Assembly (NCBI RefSeq): GCF_001194135.2
Contig: NC_068983.1
Location: 88,673,604-88,737,603, forward strand
Length of the DNA: 64,000 nt
Direction: 5' to 3'
Source: Octopus bimaculoides
Lineage: Eukaryota
Under the pieces are notes generated by a model. That model searched no databases. It saw only the letters and a program-made list of their open reading frames with translations, and was not told the DNA's origin. A program made the position numbers and the translations under genes. Shown one piece after another: positions 13,805 to 24,344 of this stretch. Each line of letters begins with the position of its first letter. Within the stretch, counting starts at the first letter, position 1.

Positions 13805-15360
13805 GTAGAAGGTTGAAAAGGAACACAGAAGTTCATATGTATAAGGAAAATAAGACAAGGTAGAAAATGATAAAATAATTTTATCATGAAGAACATTTTA
13901 GTACCGGTTTCAGTCATTGTGACTTTTTCAACTTAGAGTAAAGTATGAAGAACAATTAAATTAAATGAAATGTTTTTTTAAAATTATTTCCATAGTTTTC
14001 CAAATGCAAGGGACATTTTCCATTTTTCTGCCTGAGTCTATCTCTCTTTTTTCACTCTTGTGGGTTCTGGGNNNNNNNNNNNNNNNNNNNNNNNNNNNNC
14101 TGGGAAGTTAGCAGCAGCTAGATTGATATGAATTCTTGTCTTTGATTGTTTAAGCAGCAGTAGTAGTAGAGAAAGGAGGAGATGGAGGAGAAAAGAATGC
14201 GGGAGTAGTATGACGGTAGCAGGATGTTAAATGGTCGAGTGACCTAAAAGTGACACATTGTGGATGACAGTAGTGATTGGAATTGTTCTGAATAAATTCT
14301 TGAGGTGATTGTTTTGAATGCATCATTTTTAATATTTGCGAGGGTGTTATTCAAAGACCCTGGTTAATATGTCATTTGTTGTGGATGCATTCAAAAGGGG
14401 TTTGTATTTTGTGATAAAGAATGACTCTTCACTAATGCATTGACTACAGGTTGTATCATCCTTGAATTGATAGAGGGGAAAAATTCTGAAGATGGGTTTT
14501 TTGTTATTGGTGCAAAAGTCGATGTGTTCACTGAATGCTATTTTTCAGTTTTTCAGAATTTTGATCTGGGATCTGTGTAGAGCCATCCTTTGACATACAC
14601 TCTTTTTTGTTTGGCCTATGTATTGCTCTTAACACCCAGAGCAGGTTAATACGTATATCAGGTTCTCCGAAGCACATGTGAAGTTGCTTTCCACTGTGAA
14701 ACGTTGTCCCTGTTTGAAAGAGAACTCTGATCTCTCAATAAGATTGATGTATATACCACAGTTAGGTCTTCCACATTTTTTTACTGATGGCTTCAGTGTT
14801 GTTGAACATACTTGGGCTTGTGTTTGGAAACTTTTCATAGATTTGGGTTGTCTTTTGCTTTTTATGATGGTGTGTGTTTGGAGGATTAAATTCATTCTGT
14901 GCTCTGTTTTTAGTAGGGGAATGTTTTGGAGGATGGTGTCGAAGGCTTCATTGTTAAGAGGGTTGTGCATGGGGATGTATGGTAGGGCTTTGGGTTGTAA
15001 ATCCTTCTTTAATTCTGGGATGTCTGAGTTTGTGGATGTTGAGATGAAGGGAACATTGAAAGTATATGTCAATTAGTGATGGTGGGTAGTTCCTGGTGTT
15101 GAGTGTATCCTTTAGTTCATGTAGTCATGTCTCCCTGGTACTTGTATTAGAAACTATAGTACAAATCCTTTTTGCTAGGTTGAAAGGGATATTCATTCTA
15201 GTGTGTCTGGGGTGGCATGAGTTGAATGGTAAATATTGCTTGGAGTCCATGGGCTTATAGTATATATCTATTTCTATTTAGTTGTTAGATTTTTTAATGA
15301 GGATGTTGAGGAAAGGAAGTTGTTGATGGCTATATTCCATTGTGAATTGAACGCTTATGT
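13805..15360 (-). mobile_element. Penelope-like element, Neptune-type (RT C-terminus, Cys linker, GIY-YIG, 3' pLTR region)
   Basis: Minus-strand QYLPFNSCHPRHTRMNIPFNLAKRI, KKCGRPNCGI and FTCASENLIYVLTCSGC-EQYIGQTK motifs, with frameshifts. Confidence 0.85.
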
Positions 15361-15362
15361 CA

Positions 15363-16983
15363 AGTCCTGCTCTGAGTGTCGAGAGCAATACATAGGCCAA
15401 ACAAAAAACAGTGTACATCAAAAGATGGCTTTGCACTTTTAGGTCACTTGACCATTTAACATCCTGCTACTGTCATACCACTCCCGCATTCTTTTATTAT
15501 TATTATTATTCAGTAGTTTTATTTTTATAACATGCTTTCACTTCACTACCGAGCGCAGTTCTGTGTGCCTTGGGTATGTGCTGTGGTTTGCTGTGATGCT
15601 CTTATGGTTAGTGTATTGAAAGTGTTTTGCGTAGGATGTGTGCAGTGCCCAGTAGTGCAATTTTCTGTATGTTATCTATATTTGTAAGTCGTGGTGTTTT
15701 TGTTATGTATTTGTCTGAATATTTTTTTATTATACCTAAGGCACCTACTATGATAGGAATTGTTTCTGTTTTTAGATTCCACATTCGAGTTACCTCTATT
15801 TCCAGGTCTTTGTATTTTGAAAGTTTTTCCATTTCTNNNNNNNNNNNNNNNNNNNNNNNNNNNNNNNNNNNNNNNNNNNNNNNNNNNNNNNNNNNNNNNN
15901 NNNNNNNNNNNNNNNNNNNNNNNNNNNNNNNNNNNNNNNNNNNNNNNNNNNNNNNNNNNNNNNNNNNNNNNNNNNNNNNNNNNNNNNNNNNNNNNNNNNN
16001 NNNNNNNNNNNNNNNNNNNNNNNNNNNNNNNNNNNNNNNNNNNNNNNNNNNNNNNNNNNNNNNNNNNNNNNNNNNNNNNNNNNNNNNNNNNNNNNNNNNN
16101 NNNNNNNTGGCATATCCCAGAGTATGGTTGCTTTCTCGTTTTCTGTGACCTTTTCTGGCGTGTGTTTATACCATCCTTTTTCTGTTGTTATTCCATAGTG
16201 TTGGCATAGCTTCCAGTGCATATAGGTCCCAGCTCTGTCATGTCTGTGGATATATTCTGGGCAGCCAGATATAATATGATTTATTGTTTCTTGTCCATTG
16301 CCACATATTCTGCAGTTACTTTTTGTTTTTCTTGTGTTTTGTGGCTATTTGTATTAGTTTTCCTTGCTTCTGAAGTAGGTATTTTTGCAGTCCTATGGTG
16401 GTTATTTTATAATAGTTTTCAAGCTGTATAAGACCCCTACCACCTTCTGTACATTGTATATATAGACTTTCTATGTCAGATTTTGGGTGGTGCATCCTAG
16501 ATCCTGTCATTATTATTATTATTATTATTATCATTATTCTCTGCCAATTCCTTTCTCTACTATTACTGCTGTTTAAATAATCAAAGACAAGAATTCATAT
16601 CAAACTAGCTGCTGCTAACTGCCTAGAACCCACAAGAGTAAAAAAGAGAGACAGAGACAGACAGTAAAATGGAAAATGTCCCTTGCATTTGAAAAACTAT
16701 GGAAATAATTTTTTTAAAAAACATTTCATTTCAATTTAATTGTTCTTCATACTTTACTCTAAATTGAAAAAGTCGCAATGACTTTTTCCCCTCTATCAAT
16801 TCAAAGATGATACAACCTGTAGTCAATGTATTAGTGAAGAGTCATTCTTTATCACAAAATACAAACCCCTTTTGAATGCATCCACAACAAATGACATATT
16901 AACCAGGGTCTTTGAATAACACCCTCGCAAATATTAAAAATGATGCATTCAAAACAATCACCTCAAGAATTTATTCAGAACAA
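15363..16983 (+). mobile_element. Inverted partial and tandem copies of the same PLE, interrupted by an R4/Dong-like insertion
   Basis: 15363-15430 = rc(14580-14645); 15433-15495 = rc(14195-14255); 16540-16783 = rc(13912-14175); 16784-16983 = rc(14280-14483). Confidence 0.85.
15497..16535 (-). mobile_element. 5'-truncated R4/Dong-like non-LTR retrotransposon (REL endonuclease end)
   Basis: ENEKATILWDMP and EKLSKYKDLEIEVTRMWNLKTETIPIIVGALG...IALLGTAHILRK motifs, with (ATT)n at both ends. Confidence 0.85.
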
Positions 16984-16993
16984 NNNNNNNNNN

Positions 16994-17024
<31 letters not shown>

Positions 17025-17031
<7 letters not shown>

Positions 17032-19575
17032 AGAGTCTGTGATAAAATAATTAAGCTTAGATTAGTGCTGCAACATGGATTAGTAACCATTATCTTGGCT
17101 TATGCCCCTCAGCCAGGGCTACCAGATGAACAGAAAGACTGATTTTATGACACCTTCTTGCAGACTACCTCATTAATTAATAGCAGGGACCTCCTCTTTG
17201 TGGCTGGCGACTTCAATGGGCATGCTGGACAACATGCAGGGACCTTCCATGGTGTACATGGTGGCTATGGATTTGGTTCCCTCAATGAGGTGGCAATCAG
17301 GCTGCTGGAGTTCTGCAATGCAAATGATCTTATGGTCTGTAATACTAACTTCAGGAAATCTGCCAGTCACCTGTTCACCTACCAGTCTGGTGGAGACACT
17401 AGTGGGATTGACTACATTCTCGCCAGGAAATGGGAAACATGACTACTTATAAATGCCAAAACCTTCCCAGGTGAAGAATGCACCCCCATAACATAGGTTA
17501 GTAGTTAGTGACTTCAGGGTCAGGGTTAAATGGATGCCAAGAAGACCAGCATGAAAAAGAAACTGGAAGCTTAAGGATCCTGTGAATGGACAGAGATTTA
17601 GAGACATATTACTCGAAGCTTTTGACAAAAAAGAGGAGGATATAGCATCACATAATGTGGAAAACAACTGGAGGTTCCTATGGGACAACCTGTTGAGGGC
17701 TGCCAACCAGATCTGTGGATGGTGCAAAGTCCCCTCGCAACCTAAGGTAACGTCGTGGTGGTGGAACAATATAGTTTTCAGGAACATTAGGGAAAAGAAA
17801 CAGGCATGGAAGGACTGGAAGAACAGTGGTAGCAGGAAACTGTATCAGATCACCAGAAGGGAAGCTAGGACACAGATTTACTTAGCCAGAAGGGAAGCAG
17901 ATAAAAAACATTTGCCAATGTTCTGCGTCATGAGGATCAAAGTTTTGATGTGTTTCGTGTTGCAAGACAGTGTGTGAGAGAGAATCATGAAGTCATAGGA
18001 GAGAAATGAGTGCAAATGGATGATGGCTCACTTGCATTTAATGAGGCTGCAAAGAGAGAGACTTGGAGACGCCACTGTGAAAGGTTGCTAAATGAAGAAA
18101 ATGAATGGGAGAAAGAGAGTCTGCCGAATGTTGACCCAACAGAGGGACCAGCTATCCGAATTGAGAATACCCAGGTAGATACAGCAATTAAGGGTATGAA
18201 GACAGGAAAGCCCCTGGCCCATCAGGAATCACCGCAGAGATGCTTAAAATATCTGGCAATATAGGCTATAGTCTAGTCACCTGTATAATCAATCAGGTGA
18301 TACATGAAGGAGTCATACCCAGTGACTGGTGTAGCAGCACCATAGTGAACTGCTACAAAGGTAAAGGTGATGCATTAGATACAAATAATTACAGAGGTAT
18401 CAAGTTGTTGGATCAGGTGATGAAAGTCACAGAGAGAGTCATAGCCCAACTAATTAGGGAGAGAGTCAGTTTAGACGAGATGCAGTCTGGGTTTGTGCCA
18501 GGGAGAAGCACCACTGATGCTATATTTCTGGTAAGACAGCTGCAGGAGAAATGCCTAGTCAAAGATAAACCTCCGTATTTGGTTTTCATTGACATGGAGA
18601 ATGTCTTTGACAGGGTCCCCCGATTCCTTATCTGGTGGTCAATGTGGAAAATAGGGAGAGATGAGTGGTTAGTGAGAGCTGTACAAGCCATATACAGGGA
18701 TGCTGTCAGTAAGGTGTGAGTTGGCAATGAGTATAGTGAAGAATTCTGGGTAGGGATCCACCATAGATCAGTCCTCAGCCCTCTCTTGTTCATCATAGTC
18801 CTCCAAGCAATAACAGGAATTTAAGACAGGATGCTCCTGGAAGCTCCTCTATGCTGATGACCTTGCTGTAATAGACGAGTCACTATCAGAACTAGAGGAG
18901 AAGTTTCAGACGTGGAAGCAAGGTCTAGGAATGAAGGGCCTTAGAGTCAACCTAGCAAAAACCAAAGTCTTAGTAATTAGGAAGGCAGAGAAATCAGAAA
19001 TCCCTTCAGATAGAAATCCCTGACTGATCTGTAGAAAAGGTGTAGGTAGAAACTCCATAAAATGTACCCAGTGTAAGCTATGGACACATAAGAGGTGCAG
19101 CAATATCAAAGGAAGGCTAACTGGGAAGATAGTTTTTGTGTGTGNNNNNNNNNNAGAAACTCCATAAAATGTACCCAGTGTAAGCTATGGACACATAAGA
19201 GGTGCAGCAATATCAAAGGAAGGCTAACTGGGAAGATAGTTTTTGTGTGTGGCAGATGCACAGGGGCAATAAACACTGAAATGTGCAGAAAGCAGCTTCC
19301 ATCACATGCCAGGGGGAAAACTACAAGTAGTTGATAGCTTCTGTTACCTAGGTGACCAAGTCAGTAGTGGGGGTGGATGTTCTGAGAGCGTAAGTGCTAG
19401 AATAAGTATAGCCTGAGCAAAGTTCAGAGAGCTTCTACCTCTGCTGGTAACAAAGGGCTTCTCCCTCAGAGTGAGGGGTAGACTGTATGATTCATGTGTG
19501 CGAACTGCCAAGCTACACAGTAGTGAAACATGGGCTGTGACTGCTGAGGACACATGCATAAGCTTGCAAAAAATG
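17025..19575 (+). mobile_element. Long RTE LINE copy (APE endonuclease, RT, PHD-like finger), truncated at both ends
   Basis: AYAPQ, VAGDFNGH, IDYIL, NYRGIKLLDQVMKV, GFVPGRSTTDAIF and LLYADDL motifs, with several stops and frameshifts. Confidence 0.92.
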
Positions 19576-21180
19576 AAGCTAGTATTACGGATTGGAGCTA
19601 GTATTACGATTTCTAACATTGACTCACATCCTATAAATAATCCCACTGAATGTAGAAACCAACAACACTTTAGAAGACACTATAGATTTTTCAAGTATAG
19701 CAATAACGATACGGGGCAGAATAGGAACTATTCTGGGAGGAAACGGGAAATTGTATGGTTGTCCCTCCATGTAAGAAATCTCCCTAAATTATTTTTTAGC
19801 ATTATCGATAGGAACTTCCCACCTGGTCATAAATACCATTCCATATTTAATAGATCGTGTCTTAATTTATCCTCTTCTACCACACCCAATCTTGGATCTA
19901 TCATCGCAGCAAATAACAGACTTAAACTTAGAAATAATGAAACCAATAGAGATAACCTAGCTGACCCTAACATGAAGAACAATAATAAGTACTTGGATAT
20001 TAAAAATAGTAAGACTAAACCCTGAGACAAAATAAAAACATGTAATTGTCGTAATAGGGAATTTTGTCCCCTTAAAAGCTTCTGTTTAAGGAGAAATACT
20101 GTATATAAAGTCGAAGTCTCAACCCAAAATGAACCTAAAAAGATTTATATAGGTAGTACTGTTGACTTTAAAAGTAGATGTAGGGCACATATAAACTCGT
20201 TCACTAACCACGAAACAAAAAACTCAACTACACTAGCAACCTACATGAATAGATTAAAAATGAACAAAGAATTCAGTATGACTTGGTCTATGATAAGGGA
20301 AGCCACACCATATAATACACACACAAAGAATTGCGATTTATGCACGAAGGAGGTGATCCACATAATCCGAGCCAACAAATATAGTTTACTTAATAAGATA
20401 TCTGACGTTATAATTACCTGTAGGCACAAATATCTTTCAGCATTTAAATTTTTCAAAACTAATTAAACTATAGGAGTCTAATTTAGCCTTGCTTCATATT
20501 ATGGACTCTTCTAAAACTTTATATTATATATAGCGTCGTAATATACTTTACATTATACATAGTGTTGCAATACATTTTAGCCTTTTAACATCATATGCCT
20601 GAAGAGAATGGTCCAATCAAACATTCGATTTTTATTAAATTACTTAACCTACCATTTCTTTTAAAGTTTTAACCTTGTGATTCTATTAACTCTGATGAGA
20701 GAAATATAGAGCATTGCTATGGTTGGAGTTAGCTTGCCCATATCAACCCATATCTTTTTGAAACGGCTGTAAGACTTTACACATAGACTTTATACACACT
20801 CCAGATTCCTTAGGAATCATTTTACATCCGCTTTATCATCCTCTTCATTGATTCAAATTCGAACATTCAGACTTCGCAAGTACATTTATGGACTTAGATT
20901 TTTATGTATTTCTATTTATGAATTTTTATAGGTTTGTGAACTTTTAGTTATTTATAAATTTTCGTGTATATGTATTTATAAATTCTTATAAATTTTTTAT
21001 ATATCATATAGATGAATGCATCTATGTATGTACTTTGTATACCATGGAGAATTTCGTTAATATGGATTGAATGAATATATACATCGATCTTTGAATTTGT
21101 TTTCTCTCCTCCTTAATTTTATATTCCTGAAGCTCTATCAGAGTGCTATTCGGTTGAGCTGTATAAAGTGGATATCTATA
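19576..21180 (+). mobile_element. Penelope-like element, Naiad-type (RT thumb, CxC..CPL..C linker, GIY-YIG, 3'UTR/pLTR with hammerhead-like motifs)
   Basis: Frame KREIVW...FPPGHKYHSIFNRS...CNCRNREFCPLKSFCLRRNTVY...KIYIGST...CDLCTKE...TCRH* runs to 20466 with a single internal TGA (20023-25). Confidence 0.85.
20686..20777 (+). ncRNA. Putative degenerate type I hammerhead ribozyme
   Basis: CTGATGA (20692-98), an imperfect stem II, then GAAA-C-GGCT-GTA (20760-71). Stem I is only 2 bp. Confidence 0.45.
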
Positions 21181-21198
21181 TCACTTATTCCTTCATTG

Positions 21199-21202
<4 letters not shown>

Positions 21203-21287
<85 letters not shown>

Positions 21288-21310
21288 CATACATATATAT
21301 ATATATATAC
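21203..21310. repeat. (TA)n microsatellite
   Basis: Direct reading. Confidence 0.95.
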
Positions 21311-21356
21311 AGCTGGGTGTATAGAATATGAACCAAACCTTGTAAATACTAATTAC

Positions 21357-21487
21357 CTGTATGTTTAAAGTACGATCTGACTTCTTACTCAGCTCCTGAA
21401 GAGATATTTCTTTACAGCTTTCAGTCTTTGTACTTTTCACCTTGTTCTTTGTCTTTCCAACATTTTGGAAATGTTTTCCAACATGAT
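21357..21487 (-). CDS. Internal coding exon of host gene ([44 protein letters not shown])
   Basis: Strong acceptor ctgttattctgttttctctttggcacAG and donor CAG|gtaatt. The 131 nt are 2 nt plus 43 codons, and the phase-0 end matches the start of the exon at 12289. Confidence 0.75.
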
Positions 21488-23316
21488 CTGTGCCAAAGAG
21501 AAAACAGAATAACAGGCAATCATGAGAAGTACTTGAACATCATATGAATATTATACACACATATAAACATCATAAATTTTCTATGCTGACATGAGTCTGC
21601 CATGGAGAATATAACCACTTACAAAGAACCTCTATGATCGTATCTATAACATCTACCATGTCCAGATTTCATTTTACTATTTCTTTCTGTGTCTTCTTTG
21701 ATTATCATATGTTGCAGGTACCTTTTACTACCCATTCTTAGTATTCATTCTCCATGTGCACTGTGTGTCCATAACAGTGCAGTAGTAGTGTCTTTCTGCA
21801 TTGATAGATGCCTTTAATCTTTAGCTACCTTCCCAGCTGTCTTATAATGATCCTTTCATACAAGTTAATGTTGCATATCCAAATGATTATACTTGACCAA
21901 TTTTTCTTTCTCAACAACTCCTACACAACAAAACCTATTTTTCATTACCACACAGCACCATATTTCTTACACATACTCCATACACATATAGATTATATCA
22001 TATAAAATTTATTATTATCATCATCATCATTTAACATCCTCCTTCCATGCTGACATGGGTTGGATAGTTTAACAAGAGCTGGCCAGGCAGGAGTCTACGC
22101 CATGTTTCAGTGTCTGTTTTGGCATAGATTTTATGGCTGGATGCCCTTCCTAACACCAACCACTCTGCAGAGAAAGGATGATGTTTTTTCTTGTTGCTAT
22201 CTCTTCATGTGCAATAACCAGGAGTCAGTGAAGCTAATTCTGCTGTTCCACTCTCTTGCATTTTTCTATTAAAATCATGTTTGTAATATTTTTCTCAACT
22301 GTTTAGTCGATGATGGTATGGTATTGCCCACAACTCTTTACCATTTTCAAAGCTTCCAAACAAGTGAAAGGAAGGGTCAAAGTTATTGTCAAACCAGCCA
22401 TAAATACTTGCAACATACTGAACTCAGAATACAAGGTGACAAATGTTGTAAAGTACCTTATCCAATGCTCTAACAATTCTACCAATCTTCTATCACAAAA
22501 AGGCACTTTATTTTGTTAACCCTACAAAAAGATGAAAGACAAAGCTGACACCTTGATAAAATTTGAACACAAAGACAAGTGAGCTGAAATAAACATTCCA
22601 AAGCATTTTGTCCTTTTCTTAATGAATCTACCAATTTGCTGTAGATTAAGCCTTTCGTTCTCAACCAGTTCTATGTTCCTCTTTGAATGAACTAGAGACT
22701 ATGGTTGTTACCATAGACAGTACCACAATACACTTAGACAGTTGAACACAACAAAAATCAAGATGAAAAACAAAAGTGTCTCTATATAGTCACCTTTTCC
22801 TATGGTAGCCATATCTATTTCATATCACTCTACCATCTTAAAAATGGAGTACATGTTAAATAATATGTAATGGCACACTATAACTGACAAATTGACTGGA
22901 TGCCTTTCATCAAAGATTGCTTGATGAGGTCCAACATGAGGCTAGTCAAGACCAACACACATCAATCTGTACAACACTACAGTTACGTACCTACAGTGAC
23001 CCTATGCTTTGTGGTATCTGCTATCAATCAAGTGAATAAAGCTATAGAGAGCTAAGTGTCTGGTCCACAGATATAATACAGCACTGAGTACAGGAATCAA
23101 ATGCTGTACCTTCTTCTTATTCTTTTTATATTTTTACTGGCTTCAATCTATGTATTGCGCCCAAACTGGAGCAGCACCTTCAAGGATTGATCATACTGAG
23201 CCCAGTACTTATTTCAGTCTGGTACTTATCGATTTCTATTTTCAAGTCACCTAGTCATAAAGGGACACAACATAAATAACAAAACGGGTTTTAGACTGAT
23301 GTAAACATAACCAGGG

Positions 23317-23360
<44 letters not shown>

Positions 23361-23992
23361 CAGGCTCCTGCTCAGTTTATGTCAAGCAAATTTCATTCAC
23401 AAAGTATTGATCAATATGAAATTATGAAATAAGACAGTTGCACAAAGATTGAAACTAGAACTACAAGGCTATGAAGCCAACGTCTAAACCTGACAGCCAT
23501 GTCCATAACTGAGGGTCAGAGAAAAAAAAAATTTTGAAGCCAGAGAACTCCCTAAAATGTCAGAAGTTAATTCTTTTTTGCCAATACAGACCATTGCTAG
23601 TTTCCTCACACTCCCTTTGTTCAAAGCCATCTGCAATTCTCTACATCCTTATAATCAATGTTTTTCAAATAATTTTTTCATCAATGAAGTCAATCATGAA
23701 TTATGTCTCCTAACAGCTTGTTAATTTATTTTATTCTAAAAAACTGTTTTTTCCACAATCTTACCCATGACTATATGTGGTTTATTGTTGTAAATCTCAT
23801 ACATAAGCACACACACACACACAGTCCCACCCCAAACAAATGAATTAGTCAATATGTCGACCAATCTGAAATATCAAAATGTCATGCAACATGGATTCTC
23901 TCCTATCATGGGGTTGGACTCTTGGTGAATGTTACTGGTGCAATTTGAAGCCTATATAAACTATGTGATAGCAGTACTGACACATACACACA

Positions 23993-23994
<2 letters not shown>

Positions 23995-24078
<84 letters not shown>
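23995..24078. repeat. (TA)n microsatellite
   Basis: Direct reading. Confidence 0.95.
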
Positions 24079-24079
<1 letters not shown>

Positions 24080-24344
24080 TAATGCTATGTAATAATGTAT
24101 CTCTGATATCATGTGGTTGACTCTTGTTGAATGTTACCAGAGTGTGAGATAGTGTCCATATACACCCTTCTGTGAGTGTACCCCACCACCACACACACAG
24201 AAAATATATCCTGTATTTAAGAGCAACAGAATGTTACTGAGGCAAAATCTGTGGTAAGTGTATACAGACACAAATTTCATATGATAACCAGGTTACTGAA
24301 TATATTTAGTGTGTGGGTGTGTGTGGGTGTGTGTGTGGGTGTAG

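Noticed and set aside
19037-19240. Apparent duplication of the PHD-finger segment
   Set aside because: Same pattern: an exact repeat across a 10-N gap.
19471-20025. 184-aa RTE-PLE fusion ORF as a novel protein
   Set aside because: The RTE part is already frameshifted before the junction, so the continuity is coincidental.
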